Source of the DNA: Flavobacteriaceae bacterium
Lineage (GTDB): Bacteria > Bacteroidota > Bacteroidia > Flavobacteriales > Flavobacteriaceae
Direction of reading: 5' to 3'
Length of the DNA stretch: 32,000 bases
Assembly (NCBI GenBank): GCA_965224465.1
Contig: OZ245049.1
Coordinates: 4,170,001 to 4,202,000 of the forward strand
Under the pieces are notes generated by a model. That model saw only the letters and a list, made by a program, of their open reading frames with translations. It searched no databases and had not been told where the DNA came from. Positions 17,928 to 25,038 of this stretch are shown here, piece by piece. The translations under genes were made by a program, and so were the position numbers. Position 1 is the first letter of the stretch. Each line of letters opens with the position of its first letter.

Positions 17928-18236
17928 TTAAAACATTTTTAATTGGTTGGTCTGAGGAAATAAATTTGGGTCTGTGGTTATGGCTTGAACGGTGCGCCCT
18001 GAACGTTCGCATTTTATTACTCCTATAACCATGGCTTTATCTTGGGTAATCCAATCTGAAATATATTGAGTAACCATGTAGGTTTGGTCTGGAAACCCTA
18101 ACTGTGTTGCAGCCATTCTACGGGTTAAAGGTTTCTTGTGTAGTAAATTGAAAAGTTGTGTTTTGTTTGCCTTTTTTGTATCTTTACCTTGCTTAGAACT
18201 ATTAAAATTAAGGCTTTGTGTATTGGTAGTACTCAT
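17928..18236 (-). CDS. Island hypothetical protein, possible winged-helix DNA-binding protein
   Basis: 102 aa. The HTH assignment (segment LTRRMAATQLGFPDQ) is tentative. The gene is tightly packed in the operon. Confidence 0.45.
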   Translation of the reverse strand: MSTTNTQSLNFNSSKQGKDTKKANKTQLFNLLHKKPLTRRMAATQLGFPDQTYMVTQYISDWITQDKAMVIGVIKCERSGRTVQAITTDPNLFPQTNQLKMF

Positions 18237-18240
18237 AGCC

Positions 18241-18525
18241 TTATTTTTTTAGAGGTTTTAGACTTTCTAAAATCTCATTGCGTTTATAATAGTTTTTATT
18301 AGCAAATTTGTAAACGATAATCTTTTTGCTATTTTGCCAATTCCATAAAGTTGTGGGATTGATTTGAAGAAGTGACAATACCTGTTCTCTTGTCATCAAA
18401 TCGTCTTTGGCTGTTTGATTATGGAACTCTTTCTTAAAGACTTCTAATTGGCTTTTTACGCTTTCTTTGATTAGCTGTGCTAAACCTTCAGGACTTACGT
18501 TCTGTAATAAAATTGACTGTGTCAT
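18241..18525 (-). CDS. Excisionase-family / MerR-like helix-turn-helix protein (Xis-like)
   Basis: 94 aa. The segment LMTREQVLSLLQINPTTLWNWQNSKKIIVYKF matches the HTH_17 excisionase-type pattern. Confidence 0.65.
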   Translation of the reverse strand: MTQSILLQNVSPEGLAQLIKESVKSQLEVFKKEFHNQTAKDDLMTREQVLSLLQINPTTLWNWQNSKKIIVYKFANKNYYKRNEILESLKPLKK

Positions 18526-18596
18526 TTATCTACTATTTAAATTAATAATAGACAAATATTGATTTGGGATTGACCTTTGAAATGGTAGTTTTCGAC

Positions 18597-19430
18597 CTAT
18601 TTCAAGGTTATGTTCAGGTTGCTTTTATATTGCTTATAATCGTTTGTTCTTTGGATATTAGGATTCGACTTTAAGTTTTGCTTTCTTAATGTGGTAATTG
18701 TACCTTCAAAATATTCTCCATTAATCCAATTAATAAAATGCTTTAATTCAACTGTTTCTTGAAAATAACTATCTAACATCATCAATTGAAAGATTACGCT
18801 TAAGTCAGTTTGACTACTTGCAGTAATGTTTTTATTAGTTCTGTATAATTCCCATAAATCAAAGGTATTGCCTTTGAAAATATTATTGTGTAAATTAGGT
18901 TGAATGTCCTCTTTTTGTTGAGGTTCTTCATGCCTAGGGTTATCTAATTCTCCTAATTTGGTTTCTAAATATATTAGGTAGGCTTCACGTTTTTCGATAT
19001 TAATTGCTTTCATTCCGAAATGTTCAGTTCCGTACTTGTCAAGATAAACTTGGTCGTACTTATTGAATTGCTCAAATTTTTTAATTTGTGTTTTTATGAA
19101 AAGTTGAGTTTGTTTACTTTTGGTTATAAGGTTATTGAATCCTTCTTCCTGTTTTGTTTTAAGGTATTTTTTAAGTGTAATTTCGTAGTATTCGGGGATT
19201 AAGGAGAGGTAATCAATTGGGAAGTGGTCACGGTCTTCTAATTGCATTAAGAACTTGCAGCAGTCAATATCTGTATGAATTTTTTTCTGCTTATGGTCAA
19301 TATGAAAACGGCTTTCACTATAGTTTAAATTGTAATTGCCTTGATTTTTTAAAATATTATAAATATCTTTTGACTCAAAATCTGATTTTTCTAATAACGT
19401 GTAATTTTCTATAGTTAAATCTAATATCAT
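18597..19430 (-). CDS. Island hypothetical protein, possibly RteC-like regulator
   Basis: 277 aa, adjacent to the integrase. The C-terminal segment SSQTDLSVIFQLMMLDSYF...HFINWI loosely resembles the RteC winged-helix end. Assignment is weak. Confidence 0.35.
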   Translation of the reverse strand: MILDLTIENYTLLEKSDFESKDIYNILKNQGNYNLNYSESRFHIDHKQKKIHTDIDCCKFLMQLEDRDHFPIDYLSLIPEYYEITLKKYLKTKQEEGFNNLITKSKQTQLFIKTQIKKFEQFNKYDQVYLDKYGTEHFGMKAINIEKREAYLIYLETKLGELDNPRHEEPQQKEDIQPNLHNNIFKGNTFDLWELYRTNKNITASSQTDLSVIFQLMMLDSYFQETVELKHFINWINGEYFEGTITTLRKQNLKSNPNIQRTNDYKQYKSNLNITLK

Positions 19431-19497
19431 TGAGGAATTTTATTTTATGCAATAAATGTACGAAATGTAGTAAAAAAAACAACTTTATTTTTTTTTG

Positions 19498-20802
19498 TTA
19501 AAAATACTTACTCATGTCCATTGCTAAATCCTTGTTGCTTTTACCTATGTATTTTAAAAACATTGCTTCGGTACTATGTCCTGTTATGTACATTAAATGG
19601 GTAGTGGGTATTTTACCGTAAAAGTTAGAAGCAAAAGAGCGTCTTCCAATATGCGAGGTTACTAATTCGTATTTTTTGTATAAGCCTGTTTTTTTTCTGT
19701 AAATTTTACTGTCAGGTTCTGTTTCTGTTTTTTTGCTGCCTTTAATTATTTCGTTTATTTCTGCTATTTCACAAACTACCTTTATAAAGTCATTGTACTT
19801 TTGGTCTGAAATTGAATAAGGAAATTTTCCGTTTCTTTTATTGAGTATTTCTAATGCTTTTGGATGCAAAGGCACGGTCATGTTCTTAGTTGTTTTCTTT
19901 TGGGTAAATTCGATTAAGTGTTTGCCGTCTTCAATACGTATTTGTTTATCTGTGAAGCGCATAAAATCCGAAACCCTTTGTCCAGTATAACAACTGAAAA
20001 TTAACCAATCTTTTGCGTTGTTTAGGCTGTCGGTTAATTGGCTACTGCTGATGTTTTCTATTTTTTTTAAGTCTTCAAAGGTTAAATAGATTATTTCTAC
20101 TTTTTCACGTTCAATTTTTAGTCCGTTTAATTGGTGGTGGGTTGCAATACCTAAAAAACGAGCATGGAAACAAAATGTTTTTATAAATACAAATGCCCTT
20201 TGGATGGTGTTTTGTGCGTACAATTCCTGTTTGCAGTAGTTTACAAATTCATTTTTAAAGCTGTCGTTTACGCCATTGATTAATATGGTTTTTTTTCTGA
20301 AAGCTTCAAAGCGTTTTAAAAGTGCTTTTATTACGTTAATCTTTTTTAGCGTGCTTTTTGTGAGTTCATTTTTACGGTAGTCATTGTAAAAATCTATGTA
20401 GTTGATTAAGTCGGAAGGAACGTGTTTTTCTTCTGTGGGAGGATTGTAATAATAATCAATTTGAGTTTGTAACCATTCTTTGTTTATGGTTTCATGGTTT
20501 ACAGAATTGAAAGCGGTTAAAATGTGTTTTTCTATTTTGTTGAGTTCAGAATTTACTTCGGTTTGTTTATTGGTAACTTCAATATCCTTTGATTTTTTTT
20601 TATGTTGTTTGCTCCAGTATTTTTTTTCAATCTCAAATTTTGTTTGCGCTCCAAAATTATAATCTGTATAAGGGAGTTCTTTTGCTTCTCCTGTTTTCTT
20701 ATTAATTATAGTAGATGGTTTGTCAATATCTCTATGTAGTAGACGTAAAACTAAATTTGCCTTTTCTTTTCTTGAACGGTATAAAAAATTAATGGATGCC
20801 AT
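19498..20802 (-). CDS. int: Tyrosine-type site-specific integrase (Bacteroidota phage-integrase family)
   Basis: 434 aa. Catalytic-domain motifs are YTGQRVSD (Arg I), HIGRRSFAS (H-x-x-R) and HSTEAMFLKYI (His/Tyr). The N-terminus is arm-binding-like (MASINFLYRSRK). Confidence 0.9.
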   Translation of the reverse strand: MASINFLYRSRKEKANLVLRLLHRDIDKPSTIINKKTGEAKELPYTDYNFGAQTKFEIEKKYWSKQHKKKSKDIEVTNKQTEVNSELNKIEKHILTAFNSVNHETINKEWLQTQIDYYYNPPTEEKHVPSDLINYIDFYNDYRKNELTKSTLKKINVIKALLKRFEAFRKKTILINGVNDSFKNEFVNYCKQELYAQNTIQRAFVFIKTFCFHARFLGIATHHQLNGLKIEREKVEIIYLTFEDLKKIENISSSQLTDSLNNAKDWLIFSCYTGQRVSDFMRFTDKQIRIEDGKHLIEFTQKKTTKNMTVPLHPKALEILNKRNGKFPYSISDQKYNDFIKVVCEIAEINEIIKGSKKTETEPDSKIYRKKTGLYKKYELVTSHIGRRSFASNFYGKIPTTHLMYITGHSTEAMFLKYIGKSNKDLAMDMSKYF

Positions 20803-20835
20803 AGGTGTATGTTTTTAACAATACAAATATAGAAA

Positions 20836-20856
20836 ATTGTACGGTAGTTGTACGGT
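20836..20856 (+). promoter_or_regulatory. Paired TTGTACGG motifs, 11-bp phasing (candidate arm-type sites, right end)
   Basis: ATTGTACGGtagTTGTACGGT lies 34 bp upstream of the integrase start codon. It is the same doublet as at 10825-10845. Confidence 0.4.
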
Positions 20857-20994
20857 TAAAATCAAATTGATTAAAACTATTGCAATCTAAATAAAAGTAG
20901 TTATATTCGAAAAGGCTTGCTGTGTATTGCTTTTAATAGTATTTTTCAATGAAACTAGGTAATGTGAGTATGTGGCTGTTTGTGGTGTTTGTAC

Positions 20995-21018
20995 TCTCTC
21001 CGCCTGTACAAGCTGAAA
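20995..21018 (+). repeat. attR: 24-bp direct repeat (orphan tRNA-Leu 3' end)
   Basis: Identical to 10754-10777. It is followed by its own terminator. Confidence 0.85.
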
Positions 21019-21019
21019 G

Positions 21020-21046
21020 CCCGGAAATTTATTTTCGGGTTTTTTT
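21020..21046 (+). terminator. Rho-independent terminator (probably the original tRNA-Leu terminator)
   Basis: 8-bp stem CCCGGAAA/TTTTCGGG (one G-U pair), followed by T7. Confidence 0.6.
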
Positions 21047-21236
21047 ATGGACTTATTTTAAGGAATATGGACTTTTAAAAATGATTGGAATTATCTGTTG
21101 TTTCTTTTTTAGAGAGCACTACTATTCTTAGGAAGCAGCTGATTTTAGTGTTTGTAAAATCCTCCTTTATCAATAGTATATTTCCATAGCATATACATGG
21201 CTATTATGGTCGGGGGATACATAATAAATCTGCTTT

Positions 21237-21352
21237 GGGCGTTCCCCAAGGGGCGGGCTATACGCTCATACGCTTCGCTTTTTTTAGATTGGAGTAACTA
21301 CCGTTCCTCCAATCTGAAAAAAACTGCAGGGTAACCGCTGCTATCCCTAACG
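21237..21352 (+). repeat. GC-rich structured element, family 'X', copy 2 (3'-truncated)
   Basis: GGGCGTTCC...GCGGGCTATACG...long hairpin AGATTGGAG/CTCCAATCT...CCGCTGCTATCCCTAACGC. It has the same three blocks as copy 1, in the opposite orientation. It abuts a RAYT 5' fragment. Confidence 0.45.
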
Positions 21353-21437
21353 CTTCACGGTTTTTTCGCGAAATTAGGTCTTACCAACTTTTTTTTGTGA
21401 AAATAATTTGAATGTATATTTACGTGTATGTATTAGC
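21353..21437 (-). pseudogene. Orphan 5' fragment of a Y1 (RAYT/IS200-like) transposase gene
   Basis: About 90% identical to 23103-23187, the 5' end of the larger pseudogene. It is truncated after roughly 25 codons and contains stop codons. Confidence 0.6.
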
Positions 21438-21445
21438 TATTTTGT

Positions 21446-21545
21446 TAATTTAACAGGCCATCCCTCTGGGATTATTATTTGTCCAGATTGTGTGGGCGTA
21501 ATTTCTTCCTTGCTGTATGCTCCAGAGGAGCAATCCTGTTTGTAG
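21446..21545 (+). repeat. REP-like unit flanking the RAYT 3' end
   Basis: GTTAATTTAACAGGCCATCCCTCTGGG...GCTGTATGCTCCAGAGGAGCAATCCTGTTTGTAGCACC. It has the same head and tail motifs as the 23187-23945 array. Confidence 0.7.
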
Positions 21546-21600
21546 CACCATAGGTGAAAATGTTATTGTAGCACCATAGGTGCGACCTGTTAATTGTTCC

Positions 21601-21886
21601 CCCATCTATCCAATCAAATAAATATTTTTCATTATAATCAACATCAAATTTCTTTAAAAAATCTAGATATTCTTCTTTTGAATGTTTTTGTTTTATGATG
21701 ATTTTCTTGGTTCAAAATATATTTCACCACAGTGTCTATTTGATTTTTTGAATATGAAAATTCTCCAAATCCTTCTTGCTAACTAAATTTGCCATTTACC
21801 CAATTATTATCTTTTATGAATTTTGATGAACCTGCTTTTATATTTCTTGCCAAATCTGAAATTGAAATATAGGGTTTTAATCCAAT
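21601..21886 (-). pseudogene. Y1 transposase (RAYT/IS200-like) pseudogene, C-terminal part
   Basis: Translation reads GLKPYISISDLARNIKAGSSKFI...KFS*QEGFGEFSYSKNQIDTVVKYILNQENHHKTKTFKEEYLDFLKKFDVDYNEKYLFDWI. An in-frame TAG (21779-21781) sits where the conserved Trp is expected. IS30 separates it from its N-terminal part. Confidence 0.75.
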
Positions 21887-23010
21887 CTTAAATTCAACTA
21901 ATAAACGCAACTTTTCGATTTGATTCTATGATGGTTATATTTTCAAAACAGAAAAGTAGGAAAACCTACCTTTCTTGTCTTGATGGATATGTATCTTACG
22001 GTCTCAAATCTCGAAAAAAGAAGTTGTATGAAACACATCACCCAAGCACAAAGATACACAATTTGCTGCATGTTAAAACAAGGTTATAAACAGGTTGAGA
22101 TAGCAGCTGCTATAGGAAAAGACAAGTCTGTTATTAGCAAAGAGATTAAGCGTAATTCAGACAAAAGAAATGGAGTTTACAAGCATGAATTAGCCCAAAA
22201 AAAGTATGCTAAACGTCATAAAGAAAAGCCTAAAAGAAAACGCTTTACAGAAGATATTCAACAAGCAATAGAATTGTTATTGCGAGACGATTATAGTCCT
22301 GAGCAAGTAGTTGGTATCCTAAAAAAACAAGGTAAAGAAACGGTGTCTATTGAGCGTATATATCAGCATATTAGGGAAGACAAGAGGAATGATGGTGATT
22401 TACATACACACCTTCGCAGACAGGGAAGGAGATATAGAAAACGTGGCTCATCAAAGGATTCTAGAGGGGTTATAAAGAATCGCATTAGTATAGAACAACG
22501 ACCTGAAGTTGTTGAACAAAGAAATCGATTTGGAGATTTAGAGGTCGATTTAATCATAGGTAAAAACCATAATCAAGCCATACTTACCGTAAATGATAGA
22601 GCTTCTGGAATGCTTAAAATGAAAAAAGTAAGCTCTAAAGAAGCAGTTGTTGTCACCAAAGCTATCAATGAAATATTAGAAGACTGGAAGCCTTATCTAC
22701 ATACTATAACAGCTGATAATGGAAAAGAATTTGCAGGCCATGAGCAGGTTGCAGAAAATTTATGTATTGATTACTTTTTTGCGCATCCATATCACTCTTG
22801 GGAAAGAGGATCTAACGAAAATTTAAATGGTTTGATTAGACAATATTTTGCCAAAGGAAGTGACTTTACAAACCTAACAGATCAAAGAATCAAAGAGGTA
22901 GAAACAAAATTAAATAACAGACCTAGGAAGAGACATAAATACGAAAACCCTATATTTGTAATGGAACAATTATTATTTAACTAAAAGTTGCGTTTGTGAC
23001 TTGAATTCAG
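21887..23010 (+). mobile_element. IS30-family insertion sequence (~1.12 kb)
   Basis: Imperfect ~28-bp terminal IRs: CTTAAATTCAACTAATAAACGCAACTTTT against the reverse complement CTGAATTCAAGTCACAAACGCAACTTTT. CAAT is duplicated at 21883-21886 and 23011-23014. Removing the element restores the reading ...DHIHLLIGLKPY... in the RAYT. Confidence 0.85.
22028..22984 (+). CDS. IS30 family DDE transposase
   Basis: The N-terminal HTH MKHITQAQRYTICCMLKQGYKQVEIAAAIGKDKSVISKEIKRN and the catalytic region (GDLEVDLI, TITADNGKEF, SWERGSNENLNGLIRQY) are typical of IS30. ATG 22028 is preferred over the upstream TTG 21980. Confidence 0.9.
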   Translation: MKHITQAQRYTICCMLKQGYKQVEIAAAIGKDKSVISKEIKRNSDKRNGVYKHELAQKKYAKRHKEKPKRKRFTEDIQQAIELLLRDDYSPEQVVGILKKQGKETVSIERIYQHIREDKRNDGDLHTHLRRQGRRYRKRGSSKDSRGVIKNRISIEQRPEVVEQRNRFGDLEVDLIIGKNHNQAILTVNDRASGMLKMKKVSSKEAVVVTKAINEILEDWKPYLHTITADNGKEFAGHEQVAENLCIDYFFAHPYHSWERGSNENLNGLIRQYFAKGSDFTNLTDQRIKEVETKLNNRPRKRHKYENPIFVMEQLLFN

Positions 23011-23190
23011 CAATCAATAAATGAATATGATCTGGCATTGCAAATATGGCTAATGATTTTTGGTTCCGTTTGCGGATAATACCTGTGATGTATTTATGTA
23101 ATTCTTCACGGTTTTTTCAGGAAATTAGGTCTTACCAACCTTTTTTCGTAAAAATAATTTGAATGTATATTTGCGTGTATGTATTAGTTA
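23011..23190 (-). pseudogene. Y1 transposase (RAYT/IS200-like) pseudogene, N-terminal part
   Basis: Translation reads NTYTQIYIQIIFTKKGW*DLIS*KNREELHKYITGIIRKRNQKSLAIFAMPDHIHLLI. There are two in-frame stops (23132-23134 and 23117-23119) and no ATG. The HxH-type motif (HIH) is retained. Confidence 0.75.
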
Positions 23191-23945
23191 ATTTAACAGG
23201 TCATCCCTCTGGGATTATTATTATATTGCTTGTCCGTTTGTTTGCTACAAACAGTTTGTCCCTCTGGGACTTCTTCTTTATTTACTCCAGAGGAGCAATC
23301 CTGTTTGTAGCGTCTGTTTATGTTTTGTAACCCCATTTTTGTAATTAAGGAATTATAACCTATTTTCTAATATTTGTTCAGATTGTTTGGTCATGATTTC
23401 TTCTTTGCTGTATGCTCCAGAGGAGCAATCCTGTTTGTAGCACCTGTTTATGTTTTGTAGCCCCATTTTTGTAATTAAGGAATTATAACCTGTTTACTAA
23501 TATTTGTCCGGATTGTTTGGTCATGATTTCTTCTTTGCTGTATGCTCCAGAGGAGCAATCCCGTTTGTAGCGCCTGTTTTGTTAATTTAACAGGTCATCC
23601 CTCTGGGATTATTATTTTATTGCTTGTCCGTTTGTTTGCTAAAAACAGTTTGTCCCTCTGGGACTTCTTCTTTATTTACTCCAGAGGAGCAATCCTGTTT
23701 GTAGCGCCTGTTTATGTTTTGTAACCCCATTTTTGTAATTAAGGAATTATAACCTATTTTCTAATATTTGTTCAGATTGTTTGGTCATGATTTCTTCTTT
23801 GCTGTATGCTCCAGAGGAGCAATCCTGTTTGTAGCACTGTTTTGTTAATTTAACAGGTCATCCCTATGGGATTATTATTATTTTATTGCTTGTCCGTTTG
23901 TTTGCTACAAACAGTTTGTCCTTCTGGGACTTCTACTTTATTTTT
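23187..23945 (+). repeat. Composite tandem array of REP-like units (order U1-U2-U2-U1-U2-U1', period ~129-134 bp)
   Basis: Unit boundaries are at 23187, 23316, 23446, 23576, 23710 and 23839. Every complete unit ends with CTCCAGAGGAGCAATCC(T/C)GTTTGTAGC, which includes the hairpin GCTCC-AGA-GGAGC. U1 units also carry two CCCTCTGGG mini-palindromes. Confidence 0.85.
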
Positions 23946-24955
23946 TATGCTTATCCGTTAACTTCCCCAAGATAATTCCATCTATATGATACCGCTGCAA
24001 TCATAAGCCTGTCGAATAAGTTATTAAATGTTCTCCTATTGAATTTGTAGCAGTACTCGTTCAAGTAATTTTGAAGAAAATCATCATCTATTCTATGATG
24101 GACATCCAGTAATAGCCTTTTGGCGTTACTAATTGCTTTGTGAACCCAAGGTAAAATAGAATTGATATTTTTCTTTGGCACAACATTAGAGACTAGTTCA
24201 AAATCCTTAGTCAAGTCATTAAAGCTATTTGATCCATCGGAAATTATTTTGCTACCTCCTTCAACCATTTGATTTACAGTTTGAGCTACCTCTTCTTTCT
24301 TTAAAGAACTGATTACTTTCATCTTTAGGAATTTCACTCTCTTATTCACCCTGTGTTTCTTGCTGTTATAGTGTTCTGATTCTAGTTTAGACTCTATACT
24401 TACTAATACTATTGATTGTCTTTGACTTCCTCGCCCCCTTTTTAAAGGTGCTGTTTTATCTCTTGTTATTGAAACGGTTTCAAAAAACCCATCATCCAAT
24501 TCAACCTCATCACTAAGCTGATATTCATCGTCTCTTAACCCCATAACGCATCTTAACTTATGAACCATTGCCCAAATAGGCTCATATCTTTTATGACCTA
24601 TCTGACGTTGAATCTCTTTAGCCGAAAATGATTTTTTTGTGCTTGTTATTAAATGCATAGCTATAAACCAATACTTAAAAGGTAATTTACTGCTTTGCAT
24701 AACAGTACCGCTTTTCAACGTTGTTCTGTGAGTACAGTTTTTACATTCCCACTGTTCTCGTTTCTTTTTCCAATAATGAGTAGTTCCTCCACACTTTTTA
24801 CACTTAACCCCTTCTTTTTCGCGATAGGACTTAAATGCTGCTTTACAACTGGCTTCATCTGGGTAGTGCTCACTAAATTCAATTAATCTCATATCGATTA
24901 TTTATGTTTTATGAAAATACAACAAAAATATTAGGGAAACTAGCGGACAAGCATA
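23946..24955 (-). mobile_element. IS1595-family (ISXO2-like) insertion sequence, 1010 bp
   Basis: Terminal IRs are TATGCTTATCCGTTAAC and the reverse complement TATGCTTGTCCGCTAGT. The perfect 8-bp TSD TTATTTTT is at 23938-23945 and 24956-24963. It is inserted into the last U1 repeat unit. Confidence 0.85.
23951..24892 (-). CDS. IS1595 family transposase (ISXO2-like, N-terminal zinc ribbon)
   Basis: 313 aa. The zinc ribbon is CKKCGG...CKNCTH and is followed by an ISXO2-like DDE domain. Confidence 0.85.
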   Translation of the reverse strand: MRLIEFSEHYPDEASCKAAFKSYREKEGVKCKKCGGTTHYWKKKREQWECKNCTHRTTLKSGTVMQSSKLPFKYWFIAMHLITSTKKSFSAKEIQRQIGHKRYEPIWAMVHKLRCVMGLRDDEYQLSDEVELDDGFFETVSITRDKTAPLKRGRGSQRQSIVLVSIESKLESEHYNSKKHRVNKRVKFLKMKVISSLKKEEVAQTVNQMVEGGSKIISDGSNSFNDLTKDFELVSNVVPKKNINSILPWVHKAISNAKRLLLDVHHRIDDDFLQNYLNEYCYKFNRRTFNNLFDRLMIAAVSYRWNYLGEVNG

Positions 24956-25038
24956 TTATTTTTTTAGAGAGCACCACGAATGAAAATGATTAATGGGTAC
25001 TTAGAACTATGCTATAAGTTAACTTTTTAAGGATGCTG

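Larger units (their letters stand above)
10754..21018. mobile_element. tRNA-Leu-integrated genomic island (~10.3 kb incl. a 2.0-kb IS66); integrase/Xis/primase-helicase element, phage-satellite-like
   Basis: A 24-bp direct repeat of the tRNA 3' end sits at both borders. A tyrosine integrase lies next to the right border and paired TTGTACGG motifs lie inside both borders. The replication module is present but no virion, relaxase or T4SS genes. Confidence 0.75.

Noticed and set aside
20949-21131. 60-aa plus-strand ORF.
   Set aside because: It spans attR and a terminator hairpin. It has no coding features.
21540-21583. Direct repeat TTGTAGCACCATAGGTG x2 (27-bp spacing) read as a C-terminal extension of the RAYT frame.
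   Set aside because: It is part of the REP-unit tail abutting the pseudogene. The open frame past ...YLFDWI most likely reflects loss of the original stop rather than real coding sequence.
23542-23724. 60-aa plus-strand ORF inside the repeat array.
   Set aside because: It is translated repeat sequence, and equivalent frames in sister units are broken.
23187-23945. Possible CRISPR array: regularly spaced ~35-nt hairpin motif GCTGTATGCTCCAGAGGAGCAATCCTGTTTGTAGC.
   Set aside because: The sequences between the motifs are themselves repeated (U1/U2 units), not unique spacers. The period is ~130 bp, no cas genes are present, and the motif also flanks a Y1 transposase gene. A REP-like array fits better.
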